A stretch of 64,000 nt of DNA from Waltera intestinalis (GTDB lineage Bacteria; Bacillota_I; Bacilli_A; Erysipelotrichales; Erysipelotrichaceae). Below the pieces are notes generated by a model, which saw nothing but the letters and a program-made list of their open reading frames with translations, did no database searches and was not told where the DNA came from. Position 1 is the stretch's first letter. Every line of letters begins with the position of its first letter. Of this stretch, positions 19,314 to 30,176 are shown in pieces. The DNA lies in contig CAVBGZ010000001.1 in the NCBI GenBank assembly GCA_963595075.1, forward strand, positions 12,169-76,168, given 5' to 3'. Made by a program: the position numbers and the translations under genes.

Positions 19314-22300
19314 TTATTCACCTCTCATGATTGAATCTGTATTTGTTGGAAATAGATTAAAAGAACCATCCCCAGATGAAGACGATCCTCCGCTTCCAAT
19401 TCCTATTTTAGCAGTATTAGCAGCAATCATCTTTGCAACTTCAACATTTGTAGTCATCATATTCTCTATACTATAAACAGATTGATACATTCCTAACATT
19501 AATTGCATTAGAGAAACGTCAGTTCCATCGATAGAAATTGTATCGTTAATTCCTGGAGTAACTGGATAGACTTTCAATGCAACACTATCATCGGTCTCAC
19601 CGGAAATCTTTTCATCGTATTTTACTTTAGCTTCATTAAATGAGATTCCAAATGATTGGTGACGCTCCTCAGACGTCATTTGCTGACTGGTTGCGTTTCC
19701 AGATGGCTTAACTTGATAGGTTTGTTTATCCCAGTCAATAGAAACTAACTCTTTATTTTCTTTGCCGTTAGTAGAATCTCCTGAAATAAACTGAGTCATA
19801 TTTGCAGAAGCCGGAGATTGTCCATAACCACCAGTTGCATACTTGACAATGTTTTTATTTTCATCAACAGTGCCAATCTGGTCTAATGCAATTTGAGAAA
19901 ATTGCTTAAGTGTTTCAATAGCGGTTGCAGCAGCAGAAGCTACTGAAGCCATGTTGAAAGATAGTCCTGCTTGTTGAAGTCCAGCAAATAACATCGGCAT
20001 TGTTGTAGAAAGATAATTATAAATTTGAGAATCTACATTAGTAAGATCTTCAAATCCAGATGAAACTGTGTTATTTAAATATTCAGTGTAACCATTTGCG
20101 ATCCATACCGGAGTTACAAATCCACGTTTAATACAACGGAATAAACGCTTACCTGCTGTATTGAATAGGGCTTTATCGTCACTAGTATCCTTATTCCAAT
20201 TGATATCTTCTCCATTTGCTTTCCACCAATCATCTAGAATTCCAGCTGAATTATCATTATGGCCTTTAGCGTTATTTTTCGGAAGTGTCATTAAAGAATC
20301 AATCATTTTCTTTGATTCTTCATCACCGCCATTTGCAGTCGATTTACCCCCATTAACAAGATCTTTCGGATTCATTATCCATACTGGTGTTGTCATATAA
20401 AGTGCTTCTTTGTCAAAATCTGTTCCATTGAATGATATTTGAAGGAAGTTTGCGATTTTCTTTTCATCTTTATTTTCCTCACCATTTGCAGGATTGTCGG
20501 GATTGTTTGTATCGGAGTCAGATCCTATATCGGTAATTAAGTCTAAATTTTTTTTATATCTTTTATCAGTATCATTAAGATTTGAAATTAGTGTATTGAT
20601 TCTTTCTGAATTACTCTCAAATTCTTTTAAATCTTTACTAGAGTTCAAATCTCCTAAAAAAGCATTATATTTGTTTTCTACATCATTTGCAATATCAACC
20701 AATTTCGCACCATATTCGCTGCGGTATTCATCTGACATTATGGTATTTAGGAAGTTATCATATGCTTTTTTATATTCCTTTGATGCTCGTTTATAGAATT
20801 TATTAATATTCTTTTGAATGTTTTTATTATCTTTATATTCTTGTTTTCTAGCTTTTCTTTCGTCTTTATTTGCCATTTTTTGCGCTTTAGCTATTGTACG
20901 AGCATTTGCCTCTTTATTGGCAAATTTGGGATCAGTTAATAACTTTTTTAGCATAGCGCTACGAGAATCATCTCTAACATCTTTTTCCGGATGATCTTTA
21001 TTGTATGCATCATTCATCTGAGCGATAGAATCTTGTCCTACAATATAAACAGCTTGAGCAGCGAATACCCTATTCTGAACTTTTCCATTCTCGTCAAACT
21101 TAACTATTGTATCAGCAGAATATCCGCCGACTCCTTTAATTTCTGAAGCCGTGATTATATTAGCATCTTTAATAACTGAGCCAGTAACAGATCTGAACGC
21201 ATCTAAAGATGCTTGTGTATCATTATGAACTCTTTCTTCTTGTAATGTATTAAATCCTTCTTTACTTGTTTTGCCAAGATTCTTCTGAGATTTGTAAAGT
21301 TGTTTTCTTAATTTATTTTCAGCCTTTATAGTTCCAGCAATCTTTTGATAAACTGCCATCTTTAGTCCGCCAAGAGTTGTCTTTCCAGGATTATAATCAA
21401 TACCTAATTCAGCTGCTTTAATTGCAACTCTCTCGAAAGACCAATCTCGCATGAATCCTTGGTCACTTGTTTCTAGACGGCGACGGATATCATCTCTATT
21501 GCGCCCTCTTACACCCGTTACTCTACCAAATGCTGCTGATTTAGTTTTAGCGCCTTTAGTAGTTAATAACTTAGTACGAGCTTCCATTTCTTTTCTAGCT
21601 TTTTTAGCTTTTTCTCGCAGTAGTTTGATTTCAGCACTAGATAAAGTTTTAGCGCCGACAACCCATGCCCAAGATGTCTTAACCAATAAAGTTTTAGCTA
21701 CTTCAAAAGCATCAGCATCTGGAATCGCAACTGTTGTCTTTCCGATATTATTTCCTGTTGCTAAAATTACCACTGAAGCTACTTGATCTATGATAAAATC
21801 TCTCATATCATCGACTTTAGCATTTTCCATATTCTCATAGCCCATGTTAGCTGCAAATCCGGCAATATCGGCTAAATTCATTGTATCTAAAACTTGCTCA
21901 AGCTCTCGTTTTAATCCTGTAGCCATCTTAGATGAAAGATTATAATTAGGATTAAATAAAGCAGAATTATCAAAGGCTTTAGCAATTTGAGTAAAACGGT
22001 TAGTACCTGTTGGTTTTTGTTTTACAATATTAGAGCCAGGTACATCTTTATAATCGGCCATCCTAGCATCGGCTTTTTTATTGTACTGACCAATTGTATT
22101 CATTAACTTCTTAGTTTGTTGATTAACATTTTGAACTATCTGATTTAGTTCAGCTTCTGTTAGATTAACTAAAAGCGTTTCAACTAGTTGTCGTCTAATT
22201 TCTTCAAGATCATTCTGGTCATTAACTAAACTAATCTCTCCGTAGCTAGCTAATAAACCTAGCATTTCCTCTCTAGTATAGCGATAAATCATACGATAAG

Positions 22301-22436
22301 CATAAGTTCTAAGTTTCTTAACTTTCTCTTCGCCAATTTTTACTCGATATCTATAATTATCTCGGTTACGTTCTAAATCTAGATCACCTACAGTGCCACG
22401 CAAGCCGGGTGTTCTACCAATATTTTTATCAGCCAT
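19314..22436 (-). CDS. large helical virion protein, tape-measure-like
   Basis: 1040 aa, coiled-coil/Ala-Lys-rich, KYATGG motif near the C-terminus. Confidence 0.5.
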   Translation of the reverse strand: MADKNIGRTPGLRGTVGDLDLERNRDNYRYRVKIGEEKVKKLRTYAYRMIYRYTREEMLGLLASYGEISLVNDQNDLEEIRRQLVETLLVNLTEAELNQIVQNVNQQTKKLMNTIGQYNKKADARMADYKDVPGSNIVKQKPTGTNRFTQIAKAFDNSALFNPNYNLSSKMATGLKRELEQVLDTMNLADIAGFAANMGYENMENAKVDDMRDFIIDQVASVVILATGNNIGKTTVAIPDADAFEVAKTLLVKTSWAWVVGAKTLSSAEIKLLREKAKKARKEMEARTKLLTTKGAKTKSAAFGRVTGVRGRNRDDIRRRLETSDQGFMRDWSFERVAIKAAELGIDYNPGKTTLGGLKMAVYQKIAGTIKAENKLRKQLYKSQKNLGKTSKEGFNTLQEERVHNDTQASLDAFRSVTGSVIKDANIITASEIKGVGGYSADTIVKFDENGKVQNRVFAAQAVYIVGQDSIAQMNDAYNKDHPEKDVRDDSRSAMLKKLLTDPKFANKEANARTIAKAQKMANKDERKARKQEYKDNKNIQKNINKFYKRASKEYKKAYDNFLNTIMSDEYRSEYGAKLVDIANDVENKYNAFLGDLNSSKDLKEFESNSERINTLISNLNDTDKRYKKNLDLITDIGSDSDTNNPDNPANGEENKDEKKIANFLQISFNGTDFDKEALYMTTPVWIMNPKDLVNGGKSTANGGDEESKKMIDSLMTLPKNNAKGHNDNSAGILDDWWKANGEDINWNKDTSDDKALFNTAGKRLFRCIKRGFVTPVWIANGYTEYLNNTVSSGFEDLTNVDSQIYNYLSTTMPMLFAGLQQAGLSFNMASVASAAATAIETLKQFSQIALDQIGTVDENKNIVKYATGGYGQSPASANMTQFISGDSTNGKENKELVSIDWDKQTYQVKPSGNATSQQMTSEERHQSFGISFNEAKVKYDEKISGETDDSVALKVYPVTPGINDTISIDGTDVSLMQLMLGMYQSVYSIENMMTTNVEVAKMIAANTAKIGIGSGGSSSSGDGSFNLFPTNTDSIMRGE

Positions 22437-22460
22437 TATATCATCTGCTTTCTACTTTTA

Positions 22461-22474
22461 TATAATTAATTGTT
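22461..22474 (-). promoter_or_regulatory. phage late promoter motif (divergent pair, left)
   Basis: Reverse complement AACAATTAATTATA. Confidence 0.8.
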
Positions 22475-22480
22475 GAAAGG

Positions 22481-22494
22481 AACAATTTATTATA
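22481..22494 (+). promoter_or_regulatory. phage late promoter motif (divergent pair, right)
   Basis: AACAATTTATTATA. Confidence 0.8.
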
Positions 22495-22511
22495 GTAAAA
22501 AATAAAAGATT

Positions 22512-24083
22512 GTGACGGTGATTTTGGTGAAATATTCTATTAATGATTTAGATCAAAACTTAGTCGATAAAATAAATCGTTTAGATAAAATGGAATTAGA
22601 ATACAGCAAAGATAATGGAAACATTGTTATGTATGATGGAAGTAAGTATTATACTTCAGGCATTCAATTCCCAGTTCAAACGACAGAAAAAGTTTATTTC
22701 TCAAATAATTCTATAATAGATTTCAGAGATGCTCTTTATAAATCAAACGACAAATATAAATCATCTTTTGATAATAATTTTACTGGAAAGAATAGCATAA
22801 TGAGTAACTTCAAAAATGCTTATTCTGAGATTAATTCTAACTTTATTTGCATGGCAGATTCTGATGTTCTTTTATTCAAAGAATTTGGTAATTACTATTA
22901 TGCTTACGTAAAAAGCGGCAAACTAATAAAAATTAGCAAATCTAATACAACAATTCAGAATTTCTACAATGTAATCAACTCTATTAAGATGAATTTCGTT
23001 TGTCCTAATTTAGTATCAACTGATATTCTAGATTTTATTATTATAGACAATAAAGTTCTAGTTTCTACAATAGAGAATGGTGTTTATTTATTAGATTTCG
23101 ACAATTCAATTTATGAATTAAAATTCAATCTTAATCAAGTAATCAGAATGATAAATCTTCCTAATGGAAATATTCTCTGTGTTACTGATTTAGATAAGAA
23201 TGCAATTGTTACTTATGATTTTGAAACTGGAAATAAAGTAGAAACTTCTAATGTAATAAAGAAGAGAGACTACCAAGTTGCTAAAGATGCAATTATTATG
23301 GATAACGGAGATTATGCTGTAATAGGAAAGAACATTGGGGTAACTCAGTCAGATCATCTTCTCCATTATTGGAAATTAGACCTTTCTAGTGCTGGTTATG
23401 ATAATCGTGATGGAATTATTGCTAAGAACAAAGCTAGTGTATTCTATGAGATTAAATTCTTCTCTTCATTTGACAAATATGTTCTAATTTCAGGCGTTTA
23501 TAAAAACAAGTTATTCATTTGGATTTATGATACCGATAATCTAAAGAATGCTCCTGAAGAAATATTATTTGATAAAATAAATGTAGAATATGATGACGTT
23601 TTATTTGTCTATGCTAAAGATCGTAATGACATCTTATTCAATATTAAAGATCGTTTAGTAGAAATTGATAATACAGGTGAAGTCATTTCAAATATAAAAA
23701 TGAATCAATTTAATTCAGTTAGCAAGATGATGTTCTTAGATAAAAAAATAATTGCGATCGATGGAAAAGAAGTAATTTATTACAATCTTTCATCATCTTC
23801 TTATTATCCAGAAATCAAACTAAATATTTACAACGAGAATATTTCTTGTAACAACATAAATATTTACGTGAAATCTAGTAATGGATCTGATCGTGCTTTA
23901 TTCTTCAATGCAAAAACTAATGAGCAAATTATCCCAGCTTACTATGGAATTACAGAATATCATGAATCTGTCATAAATCTTAGTGATTGCGATGCAACTA
24001 AAATTATAATGAAAATTTCATCTCCTAAAGATAATATTATTTACGGAGTTGTAGTAAATAGTAATAGATTATTTAAGAAGTAG
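22512..24083 (+). CDS. hypothetical beta-rich (possibly propeller) tail-associated protein
   Basis: 523 aa of short beta-strand-like segments; first gene of a late operon; start may be GTG 22527. Confidence 0.6.
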   Translation: MTVILVKYSINDLDQNLVDKINRLDKMELEYSKDNGNIVMYDGSKYYTSGIQFPVQTTEKVYFSNNSIIDFRDALYKSNDKYKSSFDNNFTGKNSIMSNFKNAYSEINSNFICMADSDVLLFKEFGNYYYAYVKSGKLIKISKSNTTIQNFYNVINSIKMNFVCPNLVSTDILDFIIIDNKVLVSTIENGVYLLDFDNSIYELKFNLNQVIRMINLPNGNILCVTDLDKNAIVTYDFETGNKVETSNVIKKRDYQVAKDAIIMDNGDYAVIGKNIGVTQSDHLLHYWKLDLSSAGYDNRDGIIAKNKASVFYEIKFFSSFDKYVLISGVYKNKLFIWIYDTDNLKNAPEEILFDKINVEYDDVLFVYAKDRNDILFNIKDRLVEIDNTGEVISNIKMNQFNSVSKMMFLDKKIIAIDGKEVIYYNLSSSSYYPEIKLNIYNENISCNNINIYVKSSNGSDRALFFNAKTNEQIIPAYYGITEYHESVINLSDCDATKIIMKISSPKDNIIYGVVVNSNRLFKK

Positions 24084-24091
24084 GTGAGACG

Positions 24092-25069
24092 ATGGCAGAT
24101 ATTAAAGTTAAAAAAATAGATCGACGCATTTATGAATTTGATTTCTCTAAATGCGAAGTATTAGATAAACGAGAATTCTTTGCTGAGAATGGAGTATCTG
24201 AATTCGTCACAACGTTTAAGAAACAAGATCTTGACAACGGAATTGTTGTTACACCATCAGGATATCATATGGGATTATTCTACAGCGTAACACATGACGG
24301 AGAGATTTATTCTTCTCCACGTTATAATCCAGATATCGTCACATTCAACTTCAATTTTTATGGATTGAAGAAAGGTAAATATTATCGACTAACAATTCCT
24401 GCTAGAAGTACTGGTTCTATCAGTACAATCACAACCGATCGTACTCTTAGAGTCACAACTGACGCTCAAGATATTCTAATAAACGAGAATCTAACAGATG
24501 TTTTAGAGAATAAAGAATATTATGGATTATTTAAAGCAGAATCTAATGAAATCAATTTATTCTTCACAATTGGAAAGATTTACATCTCAGATATTATTGT
24601 AGATGAGATTGAACTTCTTGAAGAGGAAGAAGAAAATGATGAAGAAGTAGATGAGCAAATTGAATCAGGAAAGTTAAAATTAGCAGCTTATGGAGTCTAT
24701 AATCTTAAAGCGAATTATTCGGATTTATTTAATGGCCGATATTTGGAAACAACTAAATATACTGGCAAAGGAATAAATGTTTATTACGATAGAGTTGGAA
24801 ATACTTACGTAATAGAACGAGATAATGTTAATGATATCCTTGGAACTTCATTCACGAGCGCTAATTACTTTGTAGAAATCAACATAAATAAAACTGAAAA
24901 TTTAGATAAGTTTAATACTTACAGAATTTGTACGGTTAGTGCAGAACCTTCTCCTAATACAATCAAGCAAGGTTATATTCGATTTGACTTTGTTGATTAT
25001 GGAGGAAATAGAGTCGATATATCTAATTATGACTCAAGAGTAACAATTCTAGTTTATAAACTAATGTAA
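24092..25069 (+). CDS. hypothetical tail-associated protein
   Basis: 325-aa ORF, AGGTGAG RBS. Confidence 0.7.
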   Translation: MADIKVKKIDRRIYEFDFSKCEVLDKREFFAENGVSEFVTTFKKQDLDNGIVVTPSGYHMGLFYSVTHDGEIYSSPRYNPDIVTFNFNFYGLKKGKYYRLTIPARSTGSISTITTDRTLRVTTDAQDILINENLTDVLENKEYYGLFKAESNEINLFFTIGKIYISDIIVDEIELLEEEEENDEEVDEQIESGKLKLAAYGVYNLKANYSDLFNGRYLETTKYTGKGINVYYDRVGNTYVIERDNVNDILGTSFTSANYFVEININKTENLDKFNTYRICTVSAEPSPNTIKQGYIRFDFVDYGGNRVDISNYDSRVTILVYKLM

Positions 25070-25082
25070 GAAGGTGAGATTC

Positions 25083-25301
25083 ATGGCGAAAAAAACAATT
25101 GGAGCCAATATCCAAGGAACTCCTGGTACAACTTATGACTTAGACGAAATCCAAGCCGACAGTCGTCTAAATAGTGAGAAATCTTTAGTTGTGCAAGTTT
25201 GGAATTATAATCCAAATAGTTCAGATTTATCTAAGAAAAGCCCAAATCCACCTAACTTAAAAATAGGCCAAATCTGGTTAAGTAAGCGAAGTGATATCTA
25301 G
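25083..25301 (+). CDS. small hypothetical protein
   Basis: AAGGTGAG RBS before ATG 25083; shares TYDLDEI with next gene. Confidence 0.65.
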   Translation: MAKKTIGANIQGTPGTTYDLDEIQADSRLNSEKSLVVQVWNYNPNSSDLSKKSPNPPNLKIGQIWLSKRSDI

Positions 25302-26539
25302 TGGCTTTAAATTTCAATAATATTAAGAAGAAACAAAGTCAGCAAGAACCATCTCAGGTAAATCCAATATCTCAACCAGGATTTAACTTGGCATTTACAA
25401 ACGGCAAGACATATGATCTAGATGAGATTATTGCAGAGAAGCTCAGAAGCAATTCAGATTCCGCTCTTAGAATAAAAGTTTTAACAGATGATAATCTTCA
25501 AAATAAATTGATTGAGCTGGTATCTAAGAAGATCTTAGATGATTATAATATCTCATATACAAACGATAATTATAAATCTCAAGTTAGCAAAGTCGCTGGA
25601 TTCTCACAAATTTTTGATATTTATTACAGCAAATACTATGATGCGTATGTAGCTGCTATAAATCAAGATTCTTACGACGGATCTATCTCCATTGATACAA
25701 TTTTAAGAGAAATCAACTTAACTAAAGCTGATGTAAAAAATTACACTCTTAAAGATGTAGAAGCCGCTCAGGATACTTTCTTAATGCCTAATAAATATCG
25801 TCCTGTAATTATCTGGACTGATGGTACTGATGATCCTGGCGACGTAGAACCTTCTGAATCCGTTTTATATCGAGATGAACTTTATTCCTATTTGAATGAA
25901 GCTTTAATTTCAAAAAATTCCAGTTTAACTTTTACTAAGAATAATAAAAACAAGCAATTAGAAGCCGATTTAGTTGGAGTTGCTTCGTCTAGGGATTTAG
26001 ACAACGTTAATAACAAGCTTGATTCGGCTTTTGACCAAATAGAATTACTAAAGGGATTGATCGATGATTCTGATGGTGGTGGGCACAATGTTACTACCAT
26101 AGATAAGATTCTAATAGATGAAAACGGAAACCTTATTAGCGATCCTACTGCAGTCCCTTCAGTTAAAGCAGTTTATAGTTTAATGACCGGATACTTATCT
26201 GGAATTGGCAGAAAGATAGTTCCGAATGGTGACGGTTATGCATTGTATGTAAATAAATTAAGCTTAATTAATGACGAGCAGATTTCTGCATCTTCCCTAG
26301 ATAAATTCATCCTAAATGAAAATGGAGATTATAGCTTAAAATTATTTAATACCACAGTATCATATATAAACCCTCAGAAGTCAGATTTATCAATTTCAAC
26401 TTCCGAGAGTGGAGATTATGTTTTACATGCAACAAATACATATTTAATTAATAATAGTGACGATTACGGACTTTTAGTTTATAATGCAGAAATGCGTTTA
26501 TTATCTAATAACGAATATGCCCTAATTGTAAATAAATAG
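25301..26539 (+). CDS. tail fibre-associated protein
   Basis: 412 aa; VPSVKAVY motif common in phage fibres; repeated NGDYxL segments at the C-terminus. Confidence 0.55.
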   Translation: MALNFNNIKKKQSQQEPSQVNPISQPGFNLAFTNGKTYDLDEIIAEKLRSNSDSALRIKVLTDDNLQNKLIELVSKKILDDYNISYTNDNYKSQVSKVAGFSQIFDIYYSKYYDAYVAAINQDSYDGSISIDTILREINLTKADVKNYTLKDVEAAQDTFLMPNKYRPVIIWTDGTDDPGDVEPSESVLYRDELYSYLNEALISKNSSLTFTKNNKNKQLEADLVGVASSRDLDNVNNKLDSAFDQIELLKGLIDDSDGGGHNVTTIDKILIDENGNLISDPTAVPSVKAVYSLMTGYLSGIGRKIVPNGDGYALYVNKLSLINDEQISASSLDKFILNENGDYSLKLFNTTVSYINPQKSDLSISTSESGDYVLHATNTYLINNSDDYGLLVYNAEMRLLSNNEYALIVNK

Positions 26540-26554
26540 GAAAGGTGACGACAA

Positions 26555-29500
26555 ATGAGTCTTGAAAAAGAATTATCATCATTTATACAAGAAGACGGAA
26601 CAACCTACAAGATAAGAGACAGCTCAGCTAGAACCCGTCTTGATAACGTAGAAACAAAAGTATCTACGATCGAAAGCAATTATTTGCCAAAATCAGCATT
26701 AGATAATATTAATCTTGAAGGTTATGCTAAAACCGCTGATGTAAATGAAAATTTCGCTAAGAAATCAGATCTTAGCACAACTAATACAAAAATAGATAAC
26801 TTAGTAATTAGTGTTTCATCAAATAAAACTCATATTGATGAATTGACTAGTAAAGTTAATGCATTAGAAGGCCTTGAAGGGGAATCTTTTGTTACAGAGA
26901 CTAAACTAAGAGACGAATTAACTAATTATACTACAACTAGTACCACAAATACTCTATCTCAAAGAATTGTAAATCTTGAAGAAAGCTCTAAAACAAATAT
27001 TGCATCTGCTAAATCAGAAGCGATCTCAACAGCTAAAGAATATACTGATAATAAATTAGCTGATATTAAGATTCCTGATGTAACAGAAGTAACTCCAAAT
27101 TATTCTAAAGTTAGTTCAACAGACTTAGATGAGATGATGACTACTGGTTATTATAGAATTATTGATGCAACTAATACTCCATCTAATAATAAAGAAACAG
27201 GATATCTTGAGGTTTCTAAATTCAAAGATGGAACAATTAAGCAAGAATGGCATACAGACGAGTATGATGCTCTAAGAATTTGCGAGGAAAGTGAAAATAG
27301 CGTAAGAGTTTCTGTAGAAGTAAATTCAGAAGATACTACTTTAACAGGAGACGACGCAGATAATCTTTACTCTGTAGAGGACGGAGTATTAAAGCTTCAA
27401 GCTAATCATAAATATACTCTATCTGGATTCTTCAATGGGCACGTAGAAGTTGTTTCTACAGAAGCTCCTAAATCTAAGACAACAATTGTTTTAAGCGGAT
27501 TTAATTTAATAACAGATTATGAATCTGGTATTGTTTATAACCCTACATTCAATAAAGATGCTGGTGAAACAGCAAAATCATTGCAAGTCATTCTAAAAGA
27601 AAACACTTACAACTTTATTGCTTGCCGTCAATCTTCTGATGCAATTTCAGTTATTTCTGATGCAGCAGGTATTTATTCTGTTAATAATTTATCGATCAAG
27701 GGTGTAGGTTACCTATCAATTTATTCAAATACCGGTGCTCATGCAATTAAGGCCAGTGAGATTGAAATCTCTGGAAAGCCTCATATCTGGATGCATGCTC
27801 TTCATGATGGTATTCATGGAGGAAAATATATTGAAATCCAAGAAGGTTATTTCTACTTCGATTATGCTAAAGACGCTGTAGATACTGGTGATGACGGATA
27901 TTTAGACGTATATGGCGGTACTTTTAATGTTAAATATGCTAAAGAAAATGTATTTAGTAGTAAGAGCACAGAATATGCGTCAAGCATCCAAGGTCTATCT
28001 ACAAAGATTATGGTTACAACAGCTCTTGAAGGTTTGGTAAATAATACTTCAAAAGTTAGAATTCTAGAAACTGTAAAGGTTGAAGGAATTTCAGCTGTTT
28101 ATACATCTAAGCTTCAATGGTTTGGTGAGCCTAAGGTTTATACAACTATAGAGCCAGCAGATGGACAAAATTATGCACTAAATGTAGAAATTGAACCAAC
28201 CGGTGATGTTTATACTTTAACACCGCACACATCATCAGATAGTGCAGCAAACGCAGTTTATTATATCACAGGATATTTTAACAATAAACAAATTAAGATA
28301 TATGCGGCAGGAATAGATTCAAGTACAATTAAGAATAATTATGCTTCTACATCAATAGTACTAGATAATGCATTCATTGAAAATACCTCAGACAGCAGTG
28401 CAGATTGCCCTATTTACTATGTTCATGATAAAAAGGGAATTACGATAGAAGCATATCAACAACCATCTTATGTTGTAGCTAAAACAGCGGATGCAATTCA
28501 CTCTGCAGGAAACTTAGCTATTAAAGGTGATTCGGTTCTTTATGCACAATCAACAAGTGGATTTGGCTTATTCTCATCTGATTTAATTATTAGAGGAGAC
28601 GGATTAAGATATGTGGTTAATTCTAAGTATGGCGTCCAAGGAACAAATATTCACTTAGGAGAAGATCCTGATAGAGTTGCAGATGCTAAAGCTAAGAATT
28701 CAGATCAAAATATTTATATTCTATATAACTCTGAAGTCGATATCAATGCTAGAACAACTGGTGCTGGTAAGAAATCTTATATTGTTACTTATCAGTATCA
28801 AAAAGGTGATATTCTAACAAATAAGATTCAATCTACAAATGTAAATAATGAAGAAAACTTCTCTAGTAGTATGGTCGGAAATCTTTATTATAAAGAAAGA
28901 TCTTATGGAAATATAAGCGGATACGTAGATTCACTTCTAACTTGCACACAAGCTCATTTATATGCTGAAGATAAGGATTATGAGTCAGAATTCCCTAACA
29001 CTAAATCTGGTACTTGGATGATCAACTATTCTAAGTACAGTGATGTTGCAGACGGATTGAGTGCTGCAAAAGCTAAGATAGCTGAATTGGAAACAAGAAC
29101 TCCTAAGAAAGTTGAATTTGAATTAGGTGATGGATTAACTTCTATTGATATTTATCCAACAGAGAAATCTGCTGAGGGGGATACATATTCAGAAGCAGTT
29201 TATGCCCGTGATGGAGATTATGCATTCCCTTCAGTTGATGGAAATGGTCAAGTTTGTTTCAAGATTAAATCTGGATTAAGCAGTCCAATTATTACCGTTG
29301 GAGAAGCAACAGATACAACTAAATATAAAAATTTCAAAACACCATATGTAAGTTGCGTGGATGGTCTTTATAAATTCACAAAAGTTACAGGTGATGTTAA
29401 GATTGCATTAAATGTGACAGAAGAAGGAACTGGAACTCCTGTTACAATTACTTATCCGGATTCAGTTACTTCAGAAGATTCATTAACAACTTCTTCTCTT

Positions 29501-30139
29501 GAATTAACTAATTATCGTACTCAAGATGCTAGAGAAGCAGATTTCGCTGGAATTCAAGTTACTCCAGTAGAGAAAGTTGCAACCCTACAAACTTACAGCA
29601 AAGACACCGGATATGCTATTGGAGCTGACGGGGACACCGCTCAAGTTAGTTTAAAGGTAAAAGCTACGACTCCTGATGGTTATTATCTATTCATGGAAAC
29701 ATCAGATTCTTCTGCTTATAAAAATGTAGAATTAAATGGTGCTAAATCTGCACTTCCTATGGGAGTAAAAGATGGCGATACTATCACATTTACTAAAGTG
29801 GCAAAAGCTTGTGATTTCAGCTTTGTTTATAAGCAACCACGAACATTCAATGTTAGCTACAATACAGGAACATACCATTTCAGTTCTGATGAAGCAGAAG
29901 TTCCATCAACGGCATTAGAATTTGCTCCATTTGTATTCAAGTTCTATTATAATGCAGATGAATCAAAAGCTGGAAATATTACCGCTGCTGATTGCTTAAC
30001 TAGAATTGCTAGCATTAATGTTAATGGATCAAATCTTAAGCTTGATGAATCTTATATCACAAACATTGGTGGTAAAAAGATTGCTGTAACAATTCCTCTA
30101 GATGAAATTACTGGAGATATTGTCATTACACTTAACTAA
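26555..30139 (+). CDS. tail fibre / receptor-binding protein with Cthe_2159-like carbohydrate-binding beta-helix domains
   Basis: N-terminal coiled coil and DLDEMMTTGYY knob-like motif; YTLSG..GHVEV, TTIVLSG, GIYSVNNLSIKGVGYLSI, HDGIHG, and a second copy DAIHSAGNLAIKGDSVL. Confidence 0.7.
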   Translation: MSLEKELSSFIQEDGTTYKIRDSSARTRLDNVETKVSTIESNYLPKSALDNINLEGYAKTADVNENFAKKSDLSTTNTKIDNLVISVSSNKTHIDELTSKVNALEGLEGESFVTETKLRDELTNYTTTSTTNTLSQRIVNLEESSKTNIASAKSEAISTAKEYTDNKLADIKIPDVTEVTPNYSKVSSTDLDEMMTTGYYRIIDATNTPSNNKETGYLEVSKFKDGTIKQEWHTDEYDALRICEESENSVRVSVEVNSEDTTLTGDDADNLYSVEDGVLKLQANHKYTLSGFFNGHVEVVSTEAPKSKTTIVLSGFNLITDYESGIVYNPTFNKDAGETAKSLQVILKENTYNFIACRQSSDAISVISDAAGIYSVNNLSIKGVGYLSIYSNTGAHAIKASEIEISGKPHIWMHALHDGIHGGKYIEIQEGYFYFDYAKDAVDTGDDGYLDVYGGTFNVKYAKENVFSSKSTEYASSIQGLSTKIMVTTALEGLVNNTSKVRILETVKVEGISAVYTSKLQWFGEPKVYTTIEPADGQNYALNVEIEPTGDVYTLTPHTSSDSAANAVYYITGYFNNKQIKIYAAGIDSSTIKNNYASTSIVLDNAFIENTSDSSADCPIYYVHDKKGITIEAYQQPSYVVAKTADAIHSAGNLAIKGDSVLYAQSTSGFGLFSSDLIIRGDGLRYVVNSKYGVQGTNIHLGEDPDRVADAKAKNSDQNIYILYNSEVDINARTTGAGKKSYIVTYQYQKGDILTNKIQSTNVNNEENFSSSMVGNLYYKERSYGNISGYVDSLLTCTQAHLYAEDKDYESEFPNTKSGTWMINYSKYSDVADGLSAAKAKIAELETRTPKKVEFELGDGLTSIDIYPTEKSAEGDTYSEAVYARDGDYAFPSVDGNGQVCFKIKSGLSSPIITVGEATDTTKYKNFKTPYVSCVDGLYKFTKVTGDVKIALNVTEEGTGTPVTITYPDSVTSEDSLTTSSLELTNYRTQDAREADFAGIQVTPVEKVATLQTYSKDTGYAIGADGDTAQVSLKVKATTPDGYYLFMETSDSSAYKNVELNGAKSALPMGVKDGDTITFTKVAKACDFSFVYKQPRTFNVSYNTGTYHFSSDEAEVPSTALEFAPFVFKFYYNADESKAGNITAADCLTRIASINVNGSNLKLDESYITNIGGKKIAVTIPLDEITGDIVITLN

Positions 30140-30144
30140 AAAAT

Positions 30145-30176
30145 AAAAGAAACAAGTTTATGCTTGTTTCTTTTTT
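30145..30176. terminator. bidirectional terminator
   Basis: AAAAGAAACAAG-TTTATG-CTTGTTTCTTTT between convergent genes. Confidence 0.75.
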
